From contig OZ245838.1 of NCBI GenBank assembly GCA_965228735.1, positions 2,368,001 to 2,432,000 of the forward strand: DNA of 64,000 nt. Direction: 5' to 3'. This stretch comes from Planctomycetota bacterium (GTDB taxonomy: Bacteria > Planctomycetota > UBA1135 > UBA2386). The notes beneath the pieces are model-generated. The model had not been told where the DNA came from. It made no database searches and saw only the letters and a list, made by a program, of their open reading frames with translations. The translations under genes and the position numbers were made by a program. Shown one piece after another: positions 38,503 to 48,534 of the stretch. How positions within the stretch are numbered: the stretch's first letter is position 1; each line of letters starts with the position of its first letter.

Positions 38503-40479
38503 TCAACCACCCGCGGGCGTGCCCCCGACGGGAGGCGCTCCGCCGCCCCCGATCGCCGCCTCGATCCGCTGCAGCCAGTCGAGGTAGGCCTGGTCCTGGG
38601 CGTTGGCCTGGCGGATCTCCTCGCGCCGCGCCTGCCACTGGGCCTCGAGCCCAACGGCGCGCAGCGGCAGGATGCCGAGGCGGGCGAACGGCGAGTTCGG
38701 CGGCGACTGCCGGAAGATCTCCGCGACGATGCGTGCGTGCTCCTTCGGGATGTCGGAGCCGAGCTGCTGCAGCACGCAGAGCGCGGACGCCAGCGTCCAG
38801 AAACCGGGCTGCCAGCGCGGCTCCTGCAGCGCCGTCGTCTGCAGCCAGTGCACGATGTAGCGCTCGCCGTAGAGCCGCTCCTTCGGCATCGCGCCCGCGG
38901 CAGTCGCGACGAGCGCGGCGTGCTGACCGAGGCCGTCCGCGTAGCGCTGCCAGAACGCCGCATCACCGACCGGTGGCTTGTGATCGGCCGGGCCGCCGAG
39001 CAGCGGCCACAGCTTCTGCTGCGCGTCGAGCAGCATCTGGCCGATGTCGTTGCTGCCGCCCTCGACGGTGACGTCGCCGGTCCGAGCCTTGGTCGCCGAG
39101 TCGAAGACCGTGAGTTCGATGCGGCGGCGATCGCCCTCGACACGCAACGCGCCCGTGACGAGCAGCGTCGAACTGCGCTCCTGATCCGGCAACTGCGCCG
39201 TGATCTGCTCCGCCGACCACGGCCGACCGAGCAACGCCCACCCGCCGTTCTCGGCGACCGGCAGCGCCGCGGTGCCGCGATGCGGCGTCGCGAGCCACAC
39301 CTGCTCCGCGAGATGCAGCGGCACGGCGCGCGTCAACCGCGCGATGTCCTCGGGCGGCTGCTGGTTCGGGTTCTTGGCGATGTCGCCGTCGAGCGCGAGC
39401 GCGACGACGAGGACCTGCTTGTGACCCGGTTGCTTCTGCGGCAGCAGCCACTGCGGCTCGCCGAGCGCCGAACAGAACGCCGGCAGCTCGAAGCGGAACA
39501 TCCCGACCCGCGGCTGTGCCGGCGGCGCGACCTGCGGCAGGGCCGCGAGGCGTTGGCGATCGAACTCGCCGGTGAACGGGTGCAGCTGCTCCGCGATCGC
39601 GTGGCCGTAGTGCACGTACATGCGGTGCAGCAGCGCCGCCCCGTCCGCGTGCCGACCGGTCGCTGCGAGGTGGTTGAGCAGCGCGAGGCCGACGTTGGGA
39701 TGGTCCCGACCCGGCGTGAAGCGCGGCTCGACGAGCTCCTGCACGAGGTCGTGCTGACGCGCGTTGACGAGGTCCGTCGCGGCCATCAGCAACACGTCGG
39801 AGATCGCGGGCGAATCCGCGTTGGCCGCCAGCTGCGCGCGATACCGCTCGGCGGCGACTGCCGCCTTCTCCTCCTGGAGATCGAGCCGCGCGAGCCAGAG
39901 CTGCGCGCGCCAGGCGTTCGGCAACTCCGCGAGCTTGTCGAGCTCCGCGCGCGTCCCGGCCTCGCCGACCTCCTTGAGTCGCACCTGCAGCCAGCCGTGC
40001 ACCGCGTCCGGATTGTTGGGGTCGAGCCCCAGCGCCTCGAAGAGCAGGGTCTCCGCGGTGGCGGTGTCCCCGGCGCGGTCGGCGAGCATCGCCTTGCCAA
40101 CGCGCGCGCCGACCGAGTCGGGCCGCTTGTTCTGCAGTTCATCGAGCGAGAACCGCGCCGCCTCGAGGTCGCCCGCGTCGCGCTGCACGACGGAGAGCAG
40201 ACTCAGCGCGCGCTCGGGCTCGGAGTCGATCGCCGCGAGTCGGTTGGCGGCCTGCACGAGATCCTTGGCGAAGCCATGCTGCAGCCCCTGGACGATCACC
40301 TGGCTCAGCTGCGCTGGATCGTTGCCGTGCGTCTTCAGCATCTCGGGCAGCACCCGCGAACGATACTCGTCGCGGGACAACCGCACGCGGCGGCCGAAGT
40401 TGTCGGTGGCATCGATGAACTCGCCATCGCCGGGTGAGCCGGCCGACTGGCCGGCTCGAGTGTTCGTCGGATCGGACAT
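38503..40479 (-). CDS. TPR-like repeat hypothetical protein
   Basis: Helical repeats such as AETLLFEALGLDPNNPDA; GC3-biased coding frame. Confidence 0.7.
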   Translation of the reverse strand: MSDPTNTRAGQSAGSPGDGEFIDATDNFGRRVRLSRDEYRSRVLPEMLKTHGNDPAQLSQVIVQGLQHGFAKDLVQAANRLAAIDSEPERALSLLSVVQRDAGDLEAARFSLDELQNKRPDSVGARVGKAMLADRAGDTATAETLLFEALGLDPNNPDAVHGWLQVRLKEVGEAGTRAELDKLAELPNAWRAQLWLARLDLQEEKAAVAAERYRAQLAANADSPAISDVLLMAATDLVNARQHDLVQELVEPRFTPGRDHPNVGLALLNHLAATGRHADGAALLHRMYVHYGHAIAEQLHPFTGEFDRQRLAALPQVAPPAQPRVGMFRFELPAFCSALGEPQWLLPQKQPGHKQVLVVALALDGDIAKNPNQQPPEDIARLTRAVPLHLAEQVWLATPHRGTAALPVAENGGWALLGRPWSAEQITAQLPDQERSSTLLVTGALRVEGDRRRIELTVFDSATKARTGDVTVEGGSNDIGQMLLDAQQKLWPLLGGPADHKPPVGDAAFWQRYADGLGQHAALVATAAGAMPKERLYGERYIVHWLQTTALQEPRWQPGFWTLASALCVLQQLGSDIPKEHARIVAEIFRQSPPNSPFARLGILPLRAVGLEAQWQARREEIRQANAQDQAYLDWLQRIEAAIGGGGAPPVGGTPAGG

Positions 40480-40536
40480 CAGGGCGAGCAGGGTAGTCGC
40501 TGGGGTCGGCCGCGCAACGCCGCGCTGCGCCGCGGC

Positions 40537-40575
40537 GGCCGGGACGGCCGGTGACGGCCGGTGAAGGCCGGTGAC
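40537..40575. repeat. 10-bp tandem direct repeats in a divergent intergenic region
   Basis: GGCCGGGAC-GGCCGGTGAC-GGCCGGTGAA-GGCCGGTGAC. Confidence 0.7.
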
Positions 40576-40670
40576 AGCCGCGACGGGGGCGACGTCGCGG
40601 CGATGTGACCTCGACCGACGGCGCCCGTGGTTCCCTCGCGGTCGCGTAGCTCGCGGGGTAGCGTGCCGGC

Positions 40671-41930
40671 ATGAGCCACCGCGCCCTCGATGTCAGAACG
40701 GTCCGCCGCCGGTTCCCGGGTCTGCTGCGCCAGGACGGCGACCGCCCCGCGATCTTCTTCGACGGGCCCGCCGGCAGTCAGGTGCCGCGCTCGGTCGCCG
40801 AGGCCGTGAGCAACTACCTGCTCTACGACAACGCCAACCACGGCGGCGACTTCGCGACGTCCCATGCGACGGACTTCATGACCCGGTCGGCGCGCACGGC
40901 GATGGCGAACTTCTTCCGCACCGCGAGCGGGGATCGGGAGGAGATCGTGTTCGGACCGAACATGACGACGCTGACGTTCCACCTGTCGCGCGCGCTCGCG
41001 CGGACCTGGCAGCCGGGCGACGAAGTCGTCGTCACGGCGAGCGACCACGACGCCAACGTCATGCCGTGGGTGCTCGCCGCGCGCGACGCCGGCTGCGAGG
41101 TCCGGGAACTCGGAGTGACGCCGGAGGGCGCGCTCGATCTCGACGCGCTGCCCGGCCTGCTCGGCCCTCGCACGCGCCTCGTCGCGGTCGGCGCTGCTAG
41201 CAACCTCAGCGGCACGATCCACGACGTCGCTGCCGTCGTGCGGCTGGCCAAGGCGCACGACGCGCTGACGTTCGTCGACGCGGTGCACTACGCCGCGCAC
41301 TGCCGCCTCGACGTCGCCGCGTGGGATGCGGACTTCGTCGCCTGCTCGGCGTACAAGTTCTTCGGCCCGCACGCGGGCATCCTCTGGGGCCGGCGAGCGC
41401 TGCTCGAGGAGCTCGAGGCCTACAAGGTCCGCCCGGCCGACGACACGGGCGCCGAGAAGTGGCAGACCGGCACCGCCAACTTCGAGGCCATCGCGGGCAC
41501 GCTCGCGGCCGTCCAGTACCTGGAGGAGCTCGGGGTGGAGCACGCCACCGGCATGCCGGAGGACGAACGCGCCGCCCTCGACCTCGCGTTCGCCGTGATC
41601 GGCGAGCACGAACGCGAACTCTGCGCCCACCTGCTCCGCGGGCTCGCCGAGATCCCGGGCACGCGCGTGGTCGGCATCGCCGACCCCGAACGCGTGACCG
41701 AACGCTGCGCTACGGTGTCGTTCACCCACACGGCGAAGAAGCCGGCCGCGATCGCGAAGGAACTGGCCCAGCGGCAGATCCATTGCTGGGCCGGCAACAG
41801 CTACGCCCTCGCGCTGTCCCAGGCGCTCGGGCTCGAGCCGGACGGCGTCGTGCGCCTCGGCCTGTTGCACTATGCGACCAGGGCAGAAGTGGACACCGTT
41901 CTCGCCAACTTGCGGGAACTCCTCGCCTGA
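40671..41930 (+). CDS. Cysteine desulfurase-like PLP enzyme (class V aminotransferase, VC1184-type)
   Basis: FFDGPAGSQVP, FGPNMTTL, DHDANV.PW, FVDAVHYA, CSAYKFFGPH. Confidence 0.9.
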   Translation: MSHRALDVRTVRRRFPGLLRQDGDRPAIFFDGPAGSQVPRSVAEAVSNYLLYDNANHGGDFATSHATDFMTRSARTAMANFFRTASGDREEIVFGPNMTTLTFHLSRALARTWQPGDEVVVTASDHDANVMPWVLAARDAGCEVRELGVTPEGALDLDALPGLLGPRTRLVAVGAASNLSGTIHDVAAVVRLAKAHDALTFVDAVHYAAHCRLDVAAWDADFVACSAYKFFGPHAGILWGRRALLEELEAYKVRPADDTGAEKWQTGTANFEAIAGTLAAVQYLEELGVEHATGMPEDERAALDLAFAVIGEHERELCAHLLRGLAEIPGTRVVGIADPERVTERCATVSFTHTAKKPAAIAKELAQRQIHCWAGNSYALALSQALGLEPDGVVRLGLLHYATRAEVDTVLANLRELLA

Positions 41931-42015
41931 CTCGCGTAGCAGCCCGGTCCATACCTCCGTACTCACTACCCCATGGCCGCGACCCGCGGCCGATTCGTCA
42001 GGAGACAGTCCAGTC

Positions 42016-42618
42016 ATGCGATTCCCACTCTTCGCCGGTGTCGTTGCCGCGTTCGTCCTCGCCCTCCCCACCGCCGCCCAGGTCCGGGTCTTCGGCGGTG
42101 ACAGTGAGCGCGCCGCGACCTCCCAGATCGTGTTCGGCAGCGACCTCGCCGCCGGCATCTCGATCGAGCACGGCCAGCCCGTCTGGAAGGACGAGTACGA
42201 CGGCATGCTCGACTCGCTCAAGGGCAAGCTGCTGCGCCTCGGTTCCAACTGGTGGACCACGATGACGACGAGCGTCGACCTCGAGATCAGCGGCCAGAAG
42301 GTCCCGGCCGGCGCCTACCTGCTCGGCCTGCACTGCAGCGAGAAGGGCGTGTTCTCGCTCACGTTCCTCGAGGCCACGAAGGGCCTGAAGGCCGGCGCGC
42401 TGCCGTTCATGATGCAGGGCAAGATGAACTGGAAGCCCGACTTCACCGCGGAGCTGAAGCTGAACAAGGGCGCCGCCGAGAAGGTCCAGAAGACGATGAA
42501 GATGCGCGTCAAGGTCGACGGCGACGACTTCGACAACGGCTCGTTCACGCTTGCGTGGGGCAAGCACACCCTCACCGCCAAGCTCGCCTTGAAGCCGGCG
42601 ATGCCGAAGAAGCAGTAG
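42016..42618 (+). CDS. DUF2911-like secreted protein
   Basis: AGGAG RBS; signal peptide; RLGSNWWT, KVPAGAYLL, TLAWG. Confidence 0.7.
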   Translation: MRFPLFAGVVAAFVLALPTAAQVRVFGGDSERAATSQIVFGSDLAAGISIEHGQPVWKDEYDGMLDSLKGKLLRLGSNWWTTMTTSVDLEISGQKVPAGAYLLGLHCSEKGVFSLTFLEATKGLKAGALPFMMQGKMNWKPDFTAELKLNKGAAEKVQKTMKMRVKVDGDDFDNGSFTLAWGKHTLTAKLALKPAMPKKQ

Positions 42619-42671
42619 GCCCGCAGCCACCCTCATGGCCCGCGCCCACCTCGGCGCGCGCCAGCCGATCG

Positions 42672-42698
42672 ACCCCGCCGTCACCGGCGGGGTTTTTT
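42672..42698 (+). terminator. Rho-independent terminator
   Basis: ACCCCGCCG-tcac-CGGCGGGGT followed by TTTTT. Confidence 0.85.
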
Positions 42699-42751
42699 CG
42701 TGGCCGGCGGGCCCGGATCGGAGTCCGGCTCCCGAAATTCGAGGTCGGGGA

Positions 42752-42806
42752 TTGCGGAGCGCTGATCTCCCGAGCATAATCATGCGCTTCGACCGCATAA
42801 TTATGC
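42752..42806 (+). promoter_or_regulatory. Sigma70-type promoter of the arg operon overlapped by tandem ARG boxes
   Basis: TTGCGG (42752-42757), 17 nt, CATAAT (42775-42780); palindromes GCATAATCATGC at 42774 and GCATAATTATGC at 42795, with the 21-bp period typical of paired ARG boxes. Confidence 0.85.
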
Positions 42807-43318
42807 CACGCCTCACCAAACCCCGGAAGACGCCGCCGACTCGCGTCGACCGCCGCCGCGCGATCGTGACCGTGCTCGGCAGCCGGACCGTGCGCAGCCA
42901 GGCGGAACTGCAGGCCGCGCTCGAGAGCCGCGGAATCGCAGCCAACCAGGCCACGCTGTCGCGCGACCTGCGCGAACTCGGCGTCCTCAAGGGCCAGCAC
43001 GGCTACGAGCTGCCGCACGGCGAGCGCACGCAAGGCGGCGCAGCGATCTCGGCCAACGGCAACGGCGCGAGTTCCGGCACGGCCGACTACCGCCTCGCGG
43101 CCCGGAGCTGGCTGCTGACCGCGACGGCGGCGGAGAACCTCGTCGTGCTGCACACGCCGACCGGCGGCGCGCAGCCGCTCGCGCTCGCGCTCGACAATGC
43201 CGCGGTCCCCGGGCTCATCGGCACGATCGCGGGGGACGACACCGTGCTGGCGATCTGCCGCACCAAGGCCAAGGCCCAGGCGTTCGCGCGCCGGCTCAAC
43301 GCGGAGGTCACGCGATGA
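42803..43318 (+). CDS. argR: Arginine repressor
   Basis: SQAELQAAL, QATLSRDLRELG, GTIAGDDT. Confidence 0.93.
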   Translation: MPRLTKPRKTPPTRVDRRRAIVTVLGSRTVRSQAELQAALESRGIAANQATLSRDLRELGVLKGQHGYELPHGERTQGGAAISANGNGASSGTADYRLAARSWLLTATAAENLVVLHTPTGGAQPLALALDNAAVPGLIGTIAGDDTVLAICRTKAKAQAFARRLNAEVTR

Positions 43319-44286
43319 CCACGGCCACCGCGACGGAAAAGAAGCGTTGCGCGATCATCGGCGCGTCCGGCTACACGGGCCGCGAACTGCTGCGGCTCCT
43401 GCGGTCCCACCCCGGCCTCGAGGCGACCGCGGTGATGACGGCGCGGCCCGACACCGTGCCGGAGCCGCCGCAGTTCCCGCACGAGCCGACGATCGCAGCG
43501 CTCGAGCTCGACCGCCTCGACGAGGTCGACGGCGTGTTCTTGTGCACCCCGCACGGCGCCGCTGCGGCGATCGCCAGGGAAGCCGTCGGTCGCGGCAAGC
43601 CGACGGTCGACCTGTCCGCCGACTTCCGGCTCAGCAGCGAGGCGGTCTACGGCCTCACGGAGCACCGCCGCGACGCGATCGGGAACGCACGGTTCGTGGC
43701 CAACCCGGGTTGCTACCCGACCTCGATCCTGCTGCCGCTGCTACCGCTGCTGGCCGACAACGACGGTGACAGACCGGCGCCTCTGCTCGACGCTGCCGCT
43801 CCGATCATCGCGGACAGCAAGAGCGGCGTGTCCGGTGCCGGCAAGTCGCCGAGCGCGCGCACGCACTTCGGCAACGTCCACGACAACTTCCTGGCCTACG
43901 GCGTCGGCACGCACCGCCACGTGCCCGAGATCCATGCCCACGCGGGCACGGATCGCATCGTCTTCACGCCGCACCTGCTGCCCGCGTTCCGCGGCATCCT
44001 GTCGACGATCTACCTGACGCCGGCAGTCGGCGTGGACGCGGCCACGATCCGCGGGCTCCTGGCCGAACGCTACGCGGGCGAGCCGTTCGTCACCGTCTAC
44101 GAGACCGGGCAGCCCGAGCTCTCGTTCGTGCAGGAGACCAACCAGTGCCACATCGCGGTCGCGTCGAGCGGGTTGCTGATCGTGATCACGTCGGTGATCG
44201 ACAACCTCGTGAAGGGCGCCTCCGGACAGGCGCTGCAGAACATGAACCTGATGCTCGGCCTGCCGGAGACGGCCGGGCTCCTCTGA
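43315..44286 (+). CDS. argC: N-acetyl-gamma-glutamyl-phosphate reductase
   Basis: GASGYTG, DLSADFRL, ANPGCYPT, SGVSGAG, HRHVPEI, DNLVKGASGQA. Confidence 0.95.
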   Translation: MTTATATEKKRCAIIGASGYTGRELLRLLRSHPGLEATAVMTARPDTVPEPPQFPHEPTIAALELDRLDEVDGVFLCTPHGAAAAIAREAVGRGKPTVDLSADFRLSSEAVYGLTEHRRDAIGNARFVANPGCYPTSILLPLLPLLADNDGDRPAPLLDAAAPIIADSKSGVSGAGKSPSARTHFGNVHDNFLAYGVGTHRHVPEIHAHAGTDRIVFTPHLLPAFRGILSTIYLTPAVGVDAATIRGLLAERYAGEPFVTVYETGQPELSFVQETNQCHIAVASSGLLIVITSVIDNLVKGASGQALQNMNLMLGLPETAGLL

Positions 44287-44296
44287 GACGACACCC

Positions 44297-45124
44297 GTGA
44301 GATTGCTACTGAAGATCGGCGGCGCGCAGCTCGAAGAACCCGAGCCCCGCGCCCGTCTCTGCGACTCGATCGCGGCCGCGCGCAAGGCCGGCCACGAGAT
44401 CCTCATCGTCCACGGCGGCGGCAACCAGATCCGCACGGTCGGCAGGCAACTGGGCCTGACCGATCGGTATCACGAGGGGCTGCGCATCACCGACGAGGCC
44501 ACGGCCGACGTCGCGCTCATGGTGCTCGCGGGCAAGGTCAACCGCACGTTGACGGCGTCGCTGCAGCGCGCCGGCGTGCCCGCGGTCGGCATTTGCGGCG
44601 CGGACGGCGACTCGTTCCTCGCGAGCCGACTCGAGCACGACACCGTCGACCTCGGCTACGTCGGCAAGGTCGCGGGCACGAGCAGCCGGCTCGTACGCAC
44701 GTTGCTCAGCAACGACTTCGTGCCCGTGATCGCGACCGTCGCCCCGGGCGTCGACCGCACGGACGGCCCGTTCTACAACCTCAACGCGGACACCGCCGCA
44801 TCGCCGTTGTGCCGCTCGTTCGCCTGCGAGGCGATGATCTTCCTCACCGACGTCGACGGCGTGATGAACGGCGACGGCGAGGTCCAACGCGAGCTCACGC
44901 TCGCGGACTGCGATCAGCTCATGCGCACGGGCGCGGTGCGCGACGGCATGGTGCCGAAGCTCGAGGCCGCGATGCTCGCGCTGCGCCACCGGGTGGCGCA
45001 CCTGATCACGATCGCGCCGGCCGGCGCCGACGACTGCGTCCTCGCCGCGCTGCGGCCGGGCCACGGCACGCGGTTCGTCATGACGGGGTCCGACGCGAAC
45101 ACGTCCGGCGGGGGCGAATCATGA
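44297..45124 (+). CDS. argB: Acetylglutamate kinase
   Basis: KIGG, VHGGG, GLRITD, NLNADT, LTDVDGV, GMVPK. Confidence 0.95.
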   Translation: MRLLLKIGGAQLEEPEPRARLCDSIAAARKAGHEILIVHGGGNQIRTVGRQLGLTDRYHEGLRITDEATADVALMVLAGKVNRTLTASLQRAGVPAVGICGADGDSFLASRLEHDTVDLGYVGKVAGTSSRLVRTLLSNDFVPVIATVAPGVDRTDGPFYNLNADTAASPLCRSFACEAMIFLTDVDGVMNGDGEVQRELTLADCDQLMRTGAVRDGMVPKLEAAMLALRHRVAHLITIAPAGADDCVLAALRPGHGTRFVMTGSDANTSGGGES

Positions 45125-46305
45125 CGGACGCCTTGATGACCACGTATCTGCCGGCCCCCGAGCTGTTCGTGCGCGGCGACGGCGCCCGCGTCTACGACGC
45201 GGACGGCAACGAGTACCTCGACTTCCTCGCCGGCATCGCGGTGAGCGCGCTGGGCCACAATCACAAAGGCCTCGTCGCCGCGGTGCGCGACCAGATCGGT
45301 CAGGTCGCGCACGTCAGCAACCTGTTCCGGCACCCGTACGGCGAGCGCGTTGCGGCGCGACTGTGCGAACACGCCGGCATGGATCGCGCGTTCTTCACCA
45401 ACTCGGGCACCGAGAGCGTCGAGTGTGCGCTCAAGATCGCGCGCAAGGCCGCCCACCGGCGCGGCGAGACCGAACGACGCGGCTTCGTCGCCGTCGCCGG
45501 CGGCTTCCACGGCCGATCGCTCGGCGCGTTGTCGCTGACCCACGGCGAGAAGTACCGGGCGCCGTTCGCGCCACTGCTCGACACCCGCTGGGTCCCCGAG
45601 AACGACGTCGACGCGCTCGCGACTGCGCTCCGCGACCGACCCGCGGCCGCGTTCGTCGTCGAGCCGATCCAGGGCGAGGGCGGCATCCGCGAGCTCGACG
45701 GGGACTACCTGCGCGCCGCGCGCGCGCTCTGCGACGAGACCGGCACCCTGCTGATCCACGACGAGATCCAGAGCGGCTGCGGCCGCACGGGGCGCTTCCT
45801 CGCGGGGCAGCACCACGACGTGACACCCGACATCGTCACCCTCGCCAAACCGCTCGCGGCCGGCCTGCCGATGGGCGCGTGCCTCGCGCGCGGTGACGCG
45901 GCGACCGCGCTCGAGCCCGGCGACCACGGCTCGACGTTCGCCGGCGGCCCGCTCGTCTGTCGCGCGGCGCTCGTGTTCCTCGACGCGCTCGACGACGGCC
46001 TGCTGCAGAACGTCGGGGACCGCGCCGCGGAGCTGCGCGCCGGCCTCGAAGCGCTGGCCGCCGATCTGCCCGACGTCGTCGCCGAGGTCCGCGGTCGCGG
46101 CCTCATGCTCGGCCTGCGCCTGCACCACTCGGCAGCGCTGGCGCACCGGCAACTGCACGAACGCCGCCTCATCGTGAACTGCACCGCCGGCGACGTGCTG
46201 CGGCTGCTGCCGCCGTTCGTGATCACGACTGCCGACGTCGAGGACTGCCTCGACCGCCTCCGGGCCGTGCTGCAAGCGCTGCCGCAACCACAGCAGGAGA
46301 CCTGA
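45121..46305 (+). CDS. argD: Acetylornithine aminotransferase
   Basis: DFLAGIAV, FHGRS, EPIQGEGG, DEIQSGCGRTG, TLAK, HGSTFAG. Confidence 0.93.
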   Translation: MTDALMTTYLPAPELFVRGDGARVYDADGNEYLDFLAGIAVSALGHNHKGLVAAVRDQIGQVAHVSNLFRHPYGERVAARLCEHAGMDRAFFTNSGTESVECALKIARKAAHRRGETERRGFVAVAGGFHGRSLGALSLTHGEKYRAPFAPLLDTRWVPENDVDALATALRDRPAAAFVVEPIQGEGGIRELDGDYLRAARALCDETGTLLIHDEIQSGCGRTGRFLAGQHHDVTPDIVTLAKPLAAGLPMGACLARGDAATALEPGDHGSTFAGGPLVCRAALVFLDALDDGLLQNVGDRAAELRAGLEALAADLPDVVAEVRGRGLMLGLRLHHSAALAHRQLHERRLIVNCTAGDVLRLLPPFVITTADVEDCLDRLRAVLQALPQPQQET

Positions 46306-47255
46306 TGACCACCGCCCCCACCACCGACTTCGGCAACCTCTCCGTCCCCGATCTGCTCTGCACGTCGGAGCTCACCCGCAGCGACATCGACTGCATCTTC
46401 CGGACGGCGAGCACGCTCAAGGCGGGCCGCGAGACGCACACCGACGTGCTGCGGAACAAGCGGCTCGTGATGATCTTCGAGAAGGACTCGCTGCGCACGC
46501 GCTTCACGTTCGACATCGGCATGCAGGACCTCGGCGGCAGCGCGACGTTCATGGACCACCGCGATGCGCGCCTCGGCTCGCGCGAGTCGGTCAAGGACAT
46601 GGCCAAGAACCTCGAACGGTGGGCGCACGGCATCGTCGCGCGCACCTACAAGCACAAGGTCCTCGAGGAACTCGCCGCGAACGCGAACGTGCCCGTCATC
46701 AACGGCCTGTCGGATTTCGTGCACCCGTGCCAGGCGCTCGCCGACTTCTTCACGCTGACCGAGCGCTGGGGCGACCTCACGGGCAAGACCCTGACGTTCA
46801 TCGGCGACGGCAACAACACGTGCCACGCGCTGATCCACACGGCCGTCAAGCTCGGGGTGCACATCCGCGTGTGCTCACCGGAGGGCTACGAGCCCAACAG
46901 CCGGGTCGTCAACGCGGCGATGCACGCGGCCAAGGACAGCGGCAGCGAGGTCACGATCCTCAACGATCCGCACGCTGCCGCCGACGGCGCGGATGCGATC
47001 TACACCGACGTCTGGGCCAGCATGGGTCAGGAGGACGAGATCGAGGAGCGGAACGGCCTGTTCGCGGAATACCAGGTCAACGCCGGCCTCATGGCGCGCG
47101 CGCAGCCGGACGCCGCGTTCATGCACTGCCTGCCCGCGCACCGCGGCTGGGAGGTCGCGCAGGACGTCATGGACGGCCCGCAGAGCGTCGTCTACGACAT
47201 CGCCGAGAACCGCCTGCACGTCCAGAAGGCCGTGCTGGTCCTGCTGATGCGCTGA
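46305..47255 (+). CDS. argF: Ornithine carbamoyltransferase
   Basis: FEKDSLRTR, HPCQALAD, GDGNN, DVWASMGQE, HCLPAHRG. Confidence 0.93.
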   Translation: MTTAPTTDFGNLSVPDLLCTSELTRSDIDCIFRTASTLKAGRETHTDVLRNKRLVMIFEKDSLRTRFTFDIGMQDLGGSATFMDHRDARLGSRESVKDMAKNLERWAHGIVARTYKHKVLEELAANANVPVINGLSDFVHPCQALADFFTLTERWGDLTGKTLTFIGDGNNTCHALIHTAVKLGVHIRVCSPEGYEPNSRVVNAAMHAAKDSGSEVTILNDPHAAADGADAIYTDVWASMGQEDEIEERNGLFAEYQVNAGLMARAQPDAAFMHCLPAHRGWEVAQDVMDGPQSVVYDIAENRLHVQKAVLVLLMR

Positions 47256-47322
47256 GGCCCAGCGTCGAGCCCCTGCGCTGAGAAGGGCATCCCCCGGGCA
47301 CCCCACGGAACTGCAAGAGAAC

Positions 47323-48534
47323 ATGAGCAATCCCAAGAAGATCGTCCTCGCCTACTCGGGCGGCCTCGACACTTCGGTCATCGTGCACTGGCTCAAGGCC
47401 AGGTACGACTGCGAGGTCTACGCCTACTGCGGCGACGTCGGCCAGGGCCAGAGCGAACTCGAGGGCCTCGAGGAGAAGGCCAGCAAGCACGGCGCGGCGG
47501 GCTGCCGGGTCGACGACCTGCGCCGCGAGTTCCTCACCGACTACGTGTGGCCGTGCCTGCGGGCGATGACCGTCTACGAGGGCCGCTACCTGCTCGGCAC
47601 GTCGATGGCGCGCCCGATCCTCGCGAAGGGTCAGGTCGAGTACGCGCTCGAGGTCGGCGCCGACGCGGTCGCCCACGGCTGCACCGGGAAGGGCAATGAC
47701 CAGGTCCGTTTCGAGCTCGCCTACCAGGCGCTCGCGCCCGAACTGCAGATCGTGGCGCCGTGGCGCGACTGGGACATCCACAGCCGCGAGGACGCGCTCG
47801 ACTACTGCGACCGCCACGGCATCGAGGTCACGGCATCGCGCACCAAGATCTACTCCCGCGACCGCAATCTCTGGCACATCAGTCATGAGGGCGGCGAGCT
47901 GGAGTCGCCCGCCAACGCGCCGCCCGACGACGCGTGGATGCTGACCGTCGACCCGCAGGCCGCGCCGGACGTTCCGCTCGAGCTCGAGCTCGGCTTCGAG
48001 GCCGGCGTCCCGACGACGATCGACGGCCAGGCGCTGCCGCCGGAAGAGCTGCTCGGCAAGCTCAACGAGCTCGGCTCGGCCCACGGCGTCGGCCGCGTCG
48101 ACATCTGCGAGAACCGCCTGGTCGGCATGAAGTCGCGCGGCATCTACGAGACGCCCGGCGGCACGATCCTGTTCGAGGCCGCGCGCAGCCTGCGCGCGCT
48201 CACGATGGAGCGCGACACGATGCGCCTCTGCGAACGGCTCATGCCCGAGTACACCGACCTCGTCTACACGGGTCGCTGGTTCCATCCGCAGCGCGAGGCG
48301 ATGGACGCGCTCTTCCTGGAAGCGACGAAGCGCGTGACCGGCACGGTCCGGGTGCGGCTCTTCAAGGGCCAGGCCACCGCGGTCGCGGCCGAGTCGCCGC
48401 ACTCGCTCTACAGCGAGGATCTCGCGACGTTCGGCGCCAGCGCGTCGTTCGACCAGGCCGACAGCCGCGGGTTCGTGCGGCTCTACGGGTTGCCCGGAGC
48501 CGTCGCCGCCCGCGTCGGCAGGAGCGGACGATGA
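47323..48534 (+). CDS. argG: Argininosuccinate synthase
   Basis: LAYSGGLDTS, HGCTGKGNDQVRFE, ENRLVGMKSRGIYETPGG. Confidence 0.97.
   Translation: MSNPKKIVLAYSGGLDTSVIVHWLKARYDCEVYAYCGDVGQGQSELEGLEEKASKHGAAGCRVDDLRREFLTDYVWPCLRAMTVYEGRYLLGTSMARPILAKGQVEYALEVGADAVAHGCTGKGNDQVRFELAYQALAPELQIVAPWRDWDIHSREDALDYCDRHGIEVTASRTKIYSRDRNLWHISHEGGELESPANAPPDDAWMLTVDPQAAPDVPLELELGFEAGVPTTIDGQALPPEELLGKLNELGSAHGVGRVDICENRLVGMKSRGIYETPGGTILFEAARSLRALTMERDTMRLCERLMPEYTDLVYTGRWFHPQREAMDALFLEATKRVTGTVRVRLFKGQATAVAAESPHSLYSEDLATFGASASFDQADSRGFVRLYGLPGAVAARVGRSGR

Noticed and set aside
46305..47255. N-acetyl- or N-succinyl-ornithine carbamoyltransferase, suggested by the SLRT motif
   Set aside because: The ornithine-binding SMG motif and HCLPAHRG are present and argJ supplies ornithine, so an ordinary OTC is more likely
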